A program made the position numbers and the translations under genes. Below the pieces are notes generated by a model that worked only from the letters and a program-made list of their open reading frames with translations, did not search any database and had not been told where the DNA came from. Shown here piece after piece: positions 50,390 to 63,174 of a stretch of 64,000 bases of DNA. The stretch's first letter is position 1; every line of letters starts with the position of its first letter. This stretch comes from Chiloscyllium plagiosum. Taxonomy: Eukaryota. The stretch lies in NCBI RefSeq assembly GCF_004010195.1, contig NC_057728.1, positions 28,077,307 through 28,141,306 of the forward strand, written 5' to 3'.

Positions 50390-53300
50390 TAGCACACAGA
50401 TACAGATTGGATCCTGAATATTGAAGGATATATAGCATTTAGGAGGGACAGGGAACTGGGAAAAGGTGGAGACATGACTATTCATTCATGATACAATTAG
50501 CATTATCAGGAAGGATAACTTAAATTCAGGAAATCAGGATTTGGATTGAGATGAGAAATGAAAACGGCAAGAAGTGACAGGCTTACTGCCACTGCCCTAC
50601 CCCACAAATAACCCCAACAGTAACCAAATGCTAAGATGTAATATAAAAGAAGAAATGATTAGAGCTTGTTAGAAAGGATATACAAGAATATTGAATGCAG
50701 CCAGAGTGGAAATTATTTTTTATTTTTCCCTGGATTGAAGTAGTGCCAGAGAGTTGAAAAAGGCAAACATTCTGCCTTTGTTTAAAAACGTATATAAAAT
50801 TGGCTCAGCAATCACAGACCAAGCAGTTTAATGTTAGTGTGGGGAAACTTCTATAAACTGTTACTTGGAATTGAATTAATAGTCACAGAAAAATGTAGAT
50901 TAATTTGGAAGAGTCAGAATGGATTTGTTAAGGGAAATTCCTGTTTAACTATTTTGCTTGATGTTTTGTTATGGCATATTTGGGTTTCTAAAAGGGTGTT
51001 AAATACAGTCCCACTCAACAGAGAAAAGTTGATAGAAAAGTTATAGTTGATAGAATAAAAGGAACAGTAGCAATGTGGATACAAAATTGACTTTGGGTTA
51101 GAAAACAGAGATTAATGGTCAATGGGTATTTTTCGGTCTGGAAGAAGGTTTTTAGTACTGTTCCCCAGGGCTAGGTATTAGTACCCTTGCTTTTCCTGAA
51201 ATATCTAAATGACCAGACCTAGGGGACAATTTTAAAATTTGCAGATCTCAGAAACTTTGGAGAATTGGAAACTGTGAGGAGGACATAGACTTCTTGTCCA
51301 TATGTGGGTGGACAGGTTACAGATGTGTTTCAATGCAGCAATGTGTGAGGTGATATACTTTGGTACAATGAGCATGGGAAGACATTGTAAAGTAAAGGGT
51401 ACTATTCTAAAGGGTGTATAGGAACAGAGAACCTCGGTGTATAAGCACATAAATCCTTAAAGGTGACAGCCTACAAAGAGAGATCTGTTAATAATAGTGC
51501 ACTTTGCTTCATAAATAGGGACTTAAAGTTTAAAAAGCAGGCAAATTATGATGATCTTATCCAAGACACTATTTAAACGTCAGCTGGAGTATTGCTCAGA
51601 TCTGATGCCATGCTGTAGAAAGGATGTGAATACATTGGAAAGTGTATACAATAAATGGTTCCAGGGATGAGAGAATTTATTTATAAAGAAAAATTGGAGA
51701 AGTTTGTACTGTTTTCCTTGGAGAGAATAAGGCTAAGAGGAGTTTAAAGAGAAATGTAAAAAATCATGATGTCTGAGTAGACAGGGAGAAACGATTCCTA
51801 TTCAGAAATGGGTCAAGAAACAGAAGGCACAGTTTTAAAGTATTCTATAATAGAAGCTAATGCGTGGTGAGAAACGTTTTTTTGAACAGCATGTAGTTAG
51901 GGTTTGGAATGCATTACCTGGAGGTTTGTTGGAGGGAGGTTCAACAGAGGCATTCATGAGGGCAGTGGGTGATTATTTAAATAAAAACAAGTTTTGGGAG
52001 AAAGGTAGGAGAATGGAATTAAGTTATAATGCTCAGATAGCCAGTACAGGCACAATGGGCTGAATAGCCTCATTTTGAACTGTGAATCTTCTATGAAAGG
52101 TACTGCAATAATCATGGGGAATTATAAACCAGATGTAGACTTGAAAAGTCAGAGAGACAAAGGTGGTGTGGGTAAAGAGCTTGTGCAAATGTTTTTAGGA
52201 TAGTTTCTTAGAATAGCACATTCTGGACCCAACCATATGCAATCAGATAGGATGTTTATTAATTAACCTAAGGGGATATTTCAGATTCGTTATATTCCAA
52301 TATGAAAGAACAATACCAAGAGGAACACCTACTATCCATAGTTCATGAAGAAATTGTTGTCTTCATTGGTCAGAGCATTGACTATAGCAGTTGGGACATC
52401 ATTTTACCGCTGTACATCACATTATCACTGGTAATGCCACATTTGGGGGACTGTATAAAATTCTGGTCGCCCTGCTATTAGAAAGATGCTAATAAACTAG
52501 AAAGGGTGCAAAAAGATTTACAAAGATGTTACCAAGACTGGAGGGTTTAAGTTATAAGAGGCTGAGATGTTTTTCCCTGGAGCAATGGAGGCTGAGGGGT
52601 GACCTTTTAGAGGTTTATAAAATTATGATGGGCATAGATAAGGTGAATAGGTGATAAGGTCTTTTCCCCAGGGTAAGGGAATCAAAAACTAGAGGGTGAG
52701 AGGGAGATATTTAAAAGTGACTGAGGAGTAACGTTTTCACATAGATGGTGGTGCGTATATGGGACAAACTGTCAGAGGAAGTGATAGAGACAACATTTAG
52801 ACAGACACATGGATAGGAAAAGTTTAAAGGAATATGGGCAAATGGGACTAGTTCAGTTTAGGAATCCTGGTCGGCATGGACAGGTTGGGCTGGAGGGCCT
52901 GTTTCTGTGCTGTATAACTATATGACTCTGTAGTATAAAACTTAAAGAAAAGGCATATAATTTCAAAGATGGATGGCAGGTTGGAAGATTGGATTGGACA
53001 GAAATATAACAGACAACAAAGATTAAGACAGAAGTGACTAAAATGCTAATAATGTAGTCAAATAAAGTTAGCCATAAATGTGAAAAGCAGATAGTGACAG
53101 ATTTTAGAAATATATAAAAAAGGAAAGAGTGAGTATGGGCCTACAGAAAGTAATTCTAGAGAATTAATAATGGAGTATAAGGGGATAAGTGATGAATTGG
53201 ACAGTATTTTGCCCCAGTTAGTCATTGTAACAAATATACAAACATCCAATAAATAGCTGTACATCAGAAAATGGAAAGGAGAGACAAACTCAAGAAAATT

Positions 53301-55085
53301 ACAATAATCAAGGAAGTGATATTAAAACATCAGAGTTGCAACCTGATGAACTTCATCCAATGTCTTAAAAGAAGGGTCTAGTGAGATAGATAAGTGATGG
53401 TTTTCCTTTTCGAAAAGTCCATGATTTGATCAAGGTTCACTTACATTGAAAAATAATAAATTTAATTCCTTCATTCAAAAATGGAGGGAGACTAACAGCA
53501 GGAAACTACAAGCCAGTTAGTTTAATATCTGCCACAGGAAAAACTTAGAAGGCTTTATTAAAAAATTAAGGAAAGGCACTTGGCAAATTCAGGATAATGA
53601 GGTACAGTAAACATAGTTTTGTGAAAGGGAAATCACAGTTAACTATTTTTGTTTTGGCATTTTTTGAGGAAGTAGCAGGTGCTGTGGATAAAAGGAAGCT
53701 GGTAAATTACTATCCTTAAATTTTAATAAGGCATTTGTAAAGTGCCACATCATTGAAGAAAATAAAACCCCTTGGAGTAGAGATTAATATGTTGGCATTA
53801 ATAGAAGAGATTGGCTAATTATTAGGAAACAGAGAGTAGGTATGAGTGGGTCATTTTCTGGTTGACAACATATAATGAGTCAAGTGACATGGGGAACTTG
53901 AACTGTTCATAATATATATGAATGACTTGGATGAAGGGACCAAAGGTACAGCTGCTAAATTTGTTGTTGATGCAAAGATAGGTAGTGAACTGTGGTTGTG
54001 GGTATGTTTACTAAGACAGGAAGTTGATTTGCAGACATTTTGTCCCCTGTCAAGTTGACATCTTCAGTGCTTTGAAGCCTCCTGTGAAGCCGGGAGTGCT
54101 TAGGTGGTTGGCACAGGATTCCCATTTCCTTGCTCGTTTTAGAGTGTCTCACCCTAGGTGTTCAAGGTTTGAGTAAAAATTTGTGACTTGGCTGCTGGTT
54201 GCCATAGTTGTGGGTATGTCCACTGAACTGGGAAGTTGATTTGCAAATATTTTGTCCAGTCTAAGTGACATCTTTAATTCTTTGAAGCCTCCTGTGAAGG
54301 TAGGTAGGAAAGTTTGTTGTGAAGGGAACACGAGAACGCTACAAACAATATGGATAGGATTCATGAGCAGGTATCTGAAAAATAGAATTTAATGAGGGAA
54401 AATATGAAAATGTCCATTTTGGCAGGAAGAATAAAAATAATGTATTCTCTGAATGGCGAGAGATTGGAGATCTCTATGGTCTAGAGTGATCTGTATGTTC
54501 ATGCGAAAGCTTAATATGTAACTACACAAAGTAATTAGAAAAGCTAATAGAATGCTGTTGTGAGGGTAACTGAATATTCCAGTGAGGTGGTTACGCTTTA
54601 GTATAATAAGGAATACCATGTAAAGTAATGGACATTATTTATAGAGGAACATATAAAAATTGGAAACAGTTCAGAAGTGGTTTACTAAACTACAATCTGA
54701 AATGGACAGGTTGCACCATGAGACTGAATGGACTAGACTCATAACTGTTGATATTTAAACTTTATTGAATTTGTTGACTTTATTGAATTACATAAGATCC
54801 TGATGGGTCTTAACAAGGTAAATATAGAAAGGATGGTGCTTCTTGTCAGAAAATCTAGAACTGAGAGTCACCCATTTAAGACAGATTTAAGATCAAATAT
54901 CTTCTCACAGTGCCATCAGCTTTACAAACTCTCTTCTTCAAAGGCTGGTGGAAGCAGAGTTGTTGATAAGCAAGAGAGTGAAAAGACGGGGATGCGAAGT
55001 AATCAAATCAGCCAAGATATTATTGAATAACAGAGCAGGCTCGAGAGGCCAAACACCCTGTTCCTGCTTCTAATTAGTGCGTCTG
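50390..55085 (+). mobile_element. Mosaic of nested old CR1 fragments downstream of the gene
   Basis: SQNGFVKGNSCLT, VVRVWNALP, several 3' UTR ends (~52080, ~52930, ~55075); heavily decayed. Confidence 0.75.
53986..54296 (-). mobile_element. Tandem two-hammerhead element (family C), period 212 nt, inserted in CR1
   Basis: Direct repeats starting 53995 and 54207; imperfect TSD AAGATAGGTAG (53975-53985) / AAGGTAGGTAG (54297-54307); - strand GCA-CTGAAGA-tgtcaacttgacagggga-CAAAA-TGTC-TGC. Confidence 0.7.
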
Positions 55086-55971
55086 TTTGCAGGTTGTGTG
55101 TAACATAAATAAATGCATGAAATCAATATATAACATTAAATCAGACCAATTGTTATTTGTTCTACCATACCCAGGAATCTGGGACAGAGTCAGAAAAACT
55201 GCAAATGCTGCATGTAAAATAAAAATAATGTTAGAAATACACAGTAGCTCACTTAGCACCTATTTTGACAGACCTTTGCTTATTGCTGGTAGTGAATTTC
55301 TATTGGTCAACTTAGGTCAACAATGAACGCTGTCCTGCCACTAAGTCTACTAAACCCAGTCTCGCTGGTAATTTATCTCACTTGCTGCAGTGTAATGATA
55401 ACAAAAGGAAAGAATTTGTTGTGAAATGTTTTTGATTTTCTGATGATGTTCATAGCACTAAATAATAGTTTATTTTCTCTTAGTTCTACATCTGTGAGTA
55501 ATAATCATTCTGTGTAGGGTACTGCATGAGACTTAATGATCAATCCATATAACTTGCTGTATAATGGCCAATAGCTCTCTCATTGTAGTTGAATGCATGA
55601 AAGTTTCATGCCTCCTTATGTGGTTTGATATTATAGTAGTTTAGGCTGCGATCAGCTTTGGCTTATTCATCTTTGTAATTGAATATATATGTGTAAAGGG
55701 AAAGAAAATAAATACATCATTAACATGGCAGTCTGAGATCAGTGTGTTTTTAACTCTGCAAGCCTTTGGAACTGAACTTTAAGGCAAAACATAGCAGTAA
55801 ATCGTGAAAAGAAATTCCTTTATCACATAAATATTTACAATTAAGAGATCATGTGAATCAAAATACATTTAAAAAGGCAAAATGGAACAGGGAACTTCTC
55901 ATTACATAAATAGCAAACAGGGAAATTTGGTGATGAAAATAGCAGATAGTTGGACAAAGTAAATCATAAAA

Positions 55972-56305
55972 TCATGCCATGGTAACAGGCCATTGGCCCA
56001 ACAAGTCCACAACAACTGTCCAAAGAGTATCCCACCCAGACCTATTCCCCGACCCCTAATAATCTACATTTCCCTGACTAATGCACCCAATCTACATATC
56101 CCTAGTCACATTGGGCAATTTAGCATGGCCAATTCACCCAACCTGCACATCTTTGGATTGTGGGTGGAAACTGGAGCACCCAGAGGAAACCAACTCAGAC
56201 ACTGGGAGAATGTGCAAACTCCAACCAGACAGTCGCCCGAGGCTGGAATCGAATGCAGATCCCTGGTGTTGTGACGCAGCAGTGCTAGCCAATGTGCCAC
56301 TGTGC
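55972..56305 (-). mobile_element. HE1-type V-SINE
   Basis: - strand head tggcacattggctagcactgctgcgtcac...ttcgattcc, V domain and CR1-like tail. Confidence 0.88.
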
Positions 56306-56734
56306 CAATCTAAAAAATGAGAGTGTCAGTTTGGAAGAAATAACTTTTTCATACACAAGAAAGGATATTCTAGTAACAATCAGGAAACAGAAAAACTTGC
56401 TTGGAAACAATATAAAATGACTAATGAATTTAGCCTTAAGCTTATAACCAGAGAATAGATAGGCTGTTACATGACAGGGATGTTAACAAGAAGTTTGTGG
56501 AGTTTTGTTTGACTCACTTTAGCTGTCAGGGAGAAATGTGTTAGAACTTGGATAAATGGATAAAGTCTGGGATAAGGCAAACTGCACATCCAATGGGAGT
56601 GGTAGGCTTAATGAGTTGGATGCTTTAACTTGTTCCATTTTCTATTGCCTCCACGTGTTTTGTAAGCCTTATAAGATCCCACATTTCTTGTTTGATATGT
56701 GCTGAATTGACAACTTGGCCGCGACATCAGCAGA

Positions 56735-57238
56735 GGATTAGATTTTATTGTCACATGTACCCAACTTTAGGAGTACAGGAATACAGTGTCACCACTCTCC
56801 AGCGCCATCTTAGAATACAATAGTGAGAATTAAAAACAAGAGCCAAAATTAACAAAACAGAAACAAAGTAAAAGAAAAAATCCAAATCACCATTGTCAAT
56901 ACCTGCTGCTATGAATGTTGAGTCAGGATCACCAATGCCACCCTTTGAACTAATGCTGACATCAGAGCCATTAGCGATGGTGATGCTGCCGTCTTAAGTG
57001 CTGCGCTTGGCCCACCACATTGAAGTCACCACACATTCTGCTGCCATCTCTTGCCGCTGGGACCACACTTGCTGCCGTCACTGATGATGCCAGTTCCACC
57101 ACAGCCGAGGTCCCCCAAGTGCATAGGTAAGAGAGAACTGTAGAGGAAAGAAAGACAAGAAAGAGGAAGAGAAATAAATGGAAAAAAGCAATGGATGATC
57201 AGCAGCCCGAATGATCCTACTCCAGTACTATCTTGGAT
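56735..57238 (-). mobile_element. ~500 bp non-coding element ending in a Rex1-like 3' tail
   Basis: - strand ends cactgtattcc...ggtacatgtgacaataaaatctaatc, matching the 3' end of the Rex1 remnant at 12545-12585; internal AAGATGGCG. Confidence 0.5.
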
Positions 57239-57394
57239 GGTCTATTTTAATTATTGTCAGGATTGTTGAACTGGGAATGGAAAATATGGCAACGCTCCTG
57301 CTATCAATGCAGTGATCCACTGGGGGTTGGGGTCACGATTGACTGTACACATGGCTTTACGGAAGTTGCAAATAAATAGTGGCATAGTGGCAGG

Positions 57395-58048
57395 GATAAT
57401 CCATGTAATTATTGACCGGTGAGCCTAACGCCAGTGGTAGGGAAGCTGCTGGAGAAGATACTGAGTTATAGGATCTATTCCCATTTGGAGGAAAATGGGC
57501 TTATCAGTGATAGGCAACATGGTTTTATGCAGGGAAGGTCATGTCTTACAATCTGAATAGAATTCTTTGAGGAAGTGACAAAGTTGATTGATGAGGGAAG
57601 GGCTGTAGATGTCATATACATGGACTTCAGTAAGGCATTCGGTATGGTAGGCTGATGGAGAAGGTGAAGTCGGGTGGAATCCAGGGTAAGTGGCTGGGCA
57701 ACAGGAGACAGAGAGTAGTAGTGTAAGGGAGTTTCTCAAAATGGAGACCTGTGACCAGTGGTGTTCCACAGGGATCCGTGTGGGGGCCACTGATGTTTGT
57801 GATATACATACATGATCTGGAGAAAGGTATAGGTGGTCTGATTAGCAAGTTGCAGATGACACTAAAATTGGTAGAGTAGCAGGTAGTAAAGGGGACTGTC
57901 AGAGAATACAATGGAATATAGATAGATTGGAGAGTTGGGCAGAGAAATGGCAGATGGCATTTTGGAAGATCCAATTCAAGAGCAAACTATACAGTAAATG
58001 GAAAAGCACTGGGAAAAATTGATGTAAAGAGAGATCTGGATGTTCAGA
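57395..58048 (+). mobile_element. CR1 RT internal fragment
   Basis: VSLTPVVGKLLEKIL, QHGF, YMDFSKAF, PQGSV; no 3' tail. Confidence 0.85.
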
Positions 58049-58089
58049 TTGAAGCTCAGACATTAACCATCAGATATAGCACTATGATT

Positions 58090-59378
58090 GGATTTGTGAA
58101 TGTTTTCAGAGTTGGGTACCTTTTCTACCCTGGAAAAGGCGAATTTCCATCTCTGTGCACAGCCATTGCAAGGATATTGTTGAATTCTTCCATGCTCATT
58201 GACAGTGAAAGGTAACATTCTGCTAGGTTCACAAATGTACCAAATATTTTGTTGTGCCTATCCATCTGACTTGTTCTGATCATATTGCGCAACCCTTCTC
58301 CCCTGCTGCAATCTGCTTTTCTGTTACTGTTTTTATGTTAGCCTGTACAACACCTGCAGAGCCTCTCTGAGTTGGTAGTTGTAAATGCAAGATTGAGTTT
58401 CAGTGTTTCCTCATCATCAGATTCCTCTTCCTCTGCTGGCTATTCCCTCTTGATACTACCAGCTGGCCAGGTGCCAATTCTTGGAGATCTGGAAGGAGAA
58501 AGACAACAAGGTTAGGTTGTGAGGGGAGTGGGATGCATGAAAGATGACTAGGAAAGTGAATACAATTTTCCTTCAAGATTAGAGTGGTGCTGGCAAAGCA
58601 CAGCAGGACACATTTCAGGTAAAGGCCGAATTTCTGATGAAGGGTTTTTTGCCTGAAACATCGATTTTCCTGCTCCTTGGATGCTGCATGACTAGCTGTG
58701 CTTTTCCAGTCCTACTCTAACCTTCAGCATCTGCAGTACTCACTTTCACCTTTCCAATTTTCCTTGTTGGTTTCCACTTCAGGACTGGCTAGCCATGTTG
58801 ACTTCAATCATAGCTGAGCATCATCTCCTGGTGAGGATGAACATAGTCCTACTGGAAGGTAGTAATCTTCACTTATGTACCGCATTGTCCTGAAAGAGAG
58901 GGGAAGTGTATCATTGAGGATGGTGCAATGAATTTTGCTCATGTGATTGCCATAGTAGTAAAAACTGTATGTGAGTCGGAAGTTACATCATTGCTTGCTT
59001 ATTGATGGTTCTTGTCTCAACCATGCAGATAATATTGCAGCCATCTAAAGTCAGTGTTTTCCATTTTTAAAACCATTTTTCTCCATGAAAAAGTCCCAGG
59101 TATTTGAAATATGATAATTGAAGTTAAAAGTGATAGTCCATTTTAACACTATCATAACACCTTGACTAATTATGTGATATAAATTAACTCCTTTTAACAC
59201 TGCATCCAGGACCTCAGGGCTACCCTTTGCTGTTAATGACCATTGCTTTCTCAGAAGTTGACTGGAGGGTCTCCTAACCTCCTGTCAATTAAGGACCTCT
59301 CTCCTCATGTCCACCTCTTATATGAGGACCTTCCAGTGCATTTTCAGAGATCTTTGGAGCATTCTCTCTGTCATGTTA
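58090..59378 (-). pseudogene. Harbinger-type Myb/SANT ORF remnant
   Basis: - strand from 59375: DRENAPKISENALE..EVDMRREVL..EVRRPSSQLLRKQW..NSKG...SWMQC*K, a trihelix motif; the downstream extent is approximate. Confidence 0.6.
58574..58754. mobile_element. Palindromic family B element with 11-bp TSD and decayed hammerhead
   Basis: TSD CAATTTTCCTT at 58563-58573 and 58755-58765; CTGATGA-A-GGGTtttttGCCT-GAAACATC at 58634-58662. Confidence 0.8.
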
Positions 59379-59899
59379 TTCCATTTCTGGCTCTTACAAA
59401 ATGAAGTCTAGATCTGCTCCAGACAATGTCCTCTTCCTCTTTAAGAGGTGAAGGCCTTACTTTAAACACACAAGCTAGTGGAAATACTTGCCAGTGCCTT
59501 TGGATTTTGTGCCTATACTTCAATGTGCAGCCATCAACAATACACTTAGCACCGGCTGTAATCATATGAAGGGATGGCAGGACAATGTTTTGCACACTGT
59601 CTACAGCAGAACAACTCGACTCAGGTTAATTACCAATTACAATTTCCAAATCAGTTAATTTCACACCTCATTCAACGTTTCCTCTGAGGTATTTTTATGG
59701 AGCCAAATAATAGCACTCTAGCATTAAATGAACACATAGCATCTTTCTCCCTGGAGAAGAAGATGTTGTCAATGCAACAGTAAAGGAAGAAATAGTGGTG
59801 ATATTAGAACCATATTGGTTTGGATAAAAATAGACAAAAATGATGCACTTAAAACGTTGGCAGTGCACAAAGTAAAAATGTCTGAACCACTCCAGTTAG

Positions 59900-62100
59900 T
59901 GATTCCTCAATAAGCTTGACCAGGTTGTACAGCTCATTCTTGTTGTCAGGAGATGGCTCAGTTGTCAAACGATATTGATTTCTCATATCCACAGGCTCTC
60001 AATTGAGGCTCGGATTGGAAAATATTTCCACCACCAGTTGCAGGTTTTCTTCTCGTTGGCAGTATGAAACAATTCTCTTTTGTCAAGCTAGTTAATAGAT
60101 CGTTTCTTCTTTTTGTGTTCCACCATGACTGTAGGAAACCCAATGAAAATTCTATCAGTTTCTCCTTTTCCAGTTGTACAAGAATTTTTTTCTGGAACCA
60201 GTTGTTCTTTGACTGGCTTCTTTCTGAATAGGCTTGATATAACTTTATTTCTCTTGATCTGTTCACTTTCTTGAGGAATTCGTGGAAAACTTTGTGCGAC
60301 CTCATGAATGTTGAGATTGAAATATGGAGGCTCAATATTAAGAAGCGCTGATGATAAATTACATATACGTTTTCAACTCCCTTACATTGTTAATGTTGCA
60401 AGGCTATTTGTAGCAAATCCTTGAGCCTGAGGTTATGATACTGGGATCTTGTAGTTTCACCTCTGCAACTTATAACCTCTTCATTCATGGTATTTGACTT
60501 GATAAGACTGTGACAGTCATCTGTATATCCAGTGTTATAGACCAGACCAGACCCCTCAAAATATTTCAAGAAAGTAGCCCAGACTCTAACTTTGCTACTT
60601 GTTTTAAGCAGGTGTGGAGTGGATATACCAAGAGAGATGCTGCTGGTCAAACCAACTGGTTTTGTTGCTGGTTTAAACAAAACAGAATATTTACAAGATT
60701 ACCGAATGAAACACAATCAAAAGAGAACAGAATACAGATTAACTTAACCTATCTGAAAACCCAACAAATTATCCCAACTTAATGATGCTGTTCCAAATAC
60801 TTGCAACAATCCCCATAAATACTCCTTGACACAAAAGGTAAAATCATACACAGGGTCTTACAGAAGAGATGTCAGAGAGAGGGGACCAGCCTGGACCTGT
60901 TTCTTTGGGTGCAGCAGCTTCAGCAGACTACTGCTAAAATCAAACCAAACCAGAGAAAAGCTGAGCTGGGAGAAATGGCCACTCCCCTTTCATTGTACAA
61001 GTGTTTTTCTTCAAAACTTGAAAGCATTTTTCCTGAGGCAGTATCTGTTACCTATAATCAAACTGGTCCTAAAAGCCTTCAACTTTGACTTTTCAGAGTC
61101 TATGTCTTGTACGTCCTCTCTGAAAGAAAACCGAGGACACCATAATCTATTAAAGGAGCAGCTTTGTTACACAAACATAAAACTAAATGTATAGGCACTG
61201 ACATAAACGCATTCTATCAAGATCAAATCAATTTGGATCACAAATTTCTGCTTAAACTGCATTGAATAACTTTTCTAATGCTGGTGATTCCATCAAATTA
61301 ATGTCTTTGGACGAATAGCCATTTGGCATTCTGCAGCATGAAACTATACATAATTAATGTACATCTTCTGGAAATGACTTATAGTTTCTTTTATAACTGG
61401 GCTTTGCTCGTGGATATGAAGGTTCCTTTTTCCACAGCATTTGTACTGGCTGTTAGTTTCTGCATTCTGACCCACTTGTGGTGTTGGCTTGTCACGTAGT
61501 CTTTAGGCATTTTAGACCTTATTACCAAATGGATTCTGTTGATCTCCTGTGATAAGATGGGCAAATCCTCTCCGTGATTTTCCTATGAGCCTTCCTGGTT
61601 TCTGCTTCCAGCATGACTTAAACAGTTTACTCCAAAGTCAAATTACTTTGAGTTATAATAAATATACCAAAGACTCATCAATAATTCCAGCAATTTCTGC
61701 CTCTTATTAACTCGGATTTCAGCACTTCATAGCCACACTTTTCCACTGATTATTAACAGAAATGTATATAGGGATCCCTCTGGATTCTGAACTCTTCTGT
61801 TAAAACTTGCCATTTTAAGAATTTATTTATTCTGAAATTAAAAGAATAGCCAAAACTTGTATAAATTCTTGAGAAATATCTCTGACTTGTTATACGCTTT
61901 GGCAATTTAACCATCAGCTGTAGGTTCTATTGAATACAATTTGTACTTACTTGTACAACTTATGATTTAGAATTTAAGCTTGAGACATTTCTATACCTTA
62001 GTAATTGTTTACTAGTGGGTTTTCCCTTGTTTTTGCAGGGAACATGGAGGTTTTCTACAGGCAGACAAAATGGAGGTTTCTTCTCCTCTCAATGGCAAAA
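59900..62100 (-). mobile_element. Ty3/Gypsy gag-pol remnant, heavily decayed
   Basis: ASFNRRVQNPEGS...EKCGYEVLKSELIRGR..GIIDESL...NLTLE (gag); CCGKRNLH..SP knuckle; RT start PTVMVEHK...FILPT...GGNIF. Confidence 0.65.
60534..61170. mobile_element. Probable solo LTR nested in the Gypsy remnant
   Basis: TGTTAT...GTTACA termini (TG..CA); interrupts the decayed pol-like sequence; TSD not evident. Confidence 0.55.
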
Positions 62101-63174
62101 TGACTGATTTCCTGCCTTTCATATCCTAATACACAATAATTTTCCATGATTTACCCAATAAAATCAAATGTATTCTTTGTTAGAAGCATGCTTTAAATTG
62201 TGGATTCTTTGGTTTTGTCTCAGCCTCAATGGTCTTGTAACTTTTATTTGACTCTGTCTACTTTGGTTTTTCATTGTCCCATTTGTTACCTTGATTCAAC
62301 CTGATGGAATCTGTAAATCCCAGGTGTGACTAGTCTTTGAGCAAAGGAAGAGGAATACCACCATTCCTCATTCTTTGATCAGGTCTAAGGACCTATTTGG
62401 TCTGAAAATGATGTTGTTTCTTTCATGATGAGCAATGAAGTTCAAATTTCATTAGCTAGTTAGTTTCCAAGACTATGAGGAGACTAATGAATGAAGGTCT
62501 GCTTTCCAGGAGATCTTAAGGTATTCTGCTTTATCCTCACTCAAACCAATCTCACATCATCAGATTGGTTAGAGTTTAATGCAATCTCCCAACATTAACT
62601 CCTAAACAACAGACTTCTCTATTTTTATACTCCACCCCTTTGCAGGAAAGGCCAGTCTTCCATCCACCTGCATGGTGATTAATCTGAGTTATGATTAAGA
62701 TGTATTTCATCTGGAGCCCTCTGTATTACACTATGCTGCAATTTCTCTCTATTTAAGTCATGTCCTGATTTTTTAACCCCCTTGCCAAAGTGGACAATAT
62801 CACATTTCCTTGCATTTGATCCAGATATTCTGATCACTGTTGAAATAAATTCCACGAATAGCAATCCTTTCTAAAATTACACACTCATCTGCCTGCAATT
62901 TTTCTGGCCAACTCAGGCCTGTCCTAAATATTTCTGTTGAAGAAAATCAGAAAAAAAATCCACTCGGCGCAGCAGTAACCTTGTAGGCCAAGACATGCTC
63001 CTTCATTACATCACTTGCTGCCATATTTCATAGTTAAAGGTCTCAACGCCCTTTCTTGATTTATATTCTGCCCTACAGTGTAGCTAATGTTAGTATTCTA
63101 TAAATTGTTTCCATTTGTAATTTCCTTTTTTGCTATTTCTTAACTCCATCCAAAACCCAGTTCTACATTATGAA

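Noticed and set aside
59958-60335. 125-aa ORF considered as a possible endogenous viral element
   Set aside because: Neighbouring frames give Gypsy gag and RT motifs, so it is better explained as decayed LTR retrotransposon
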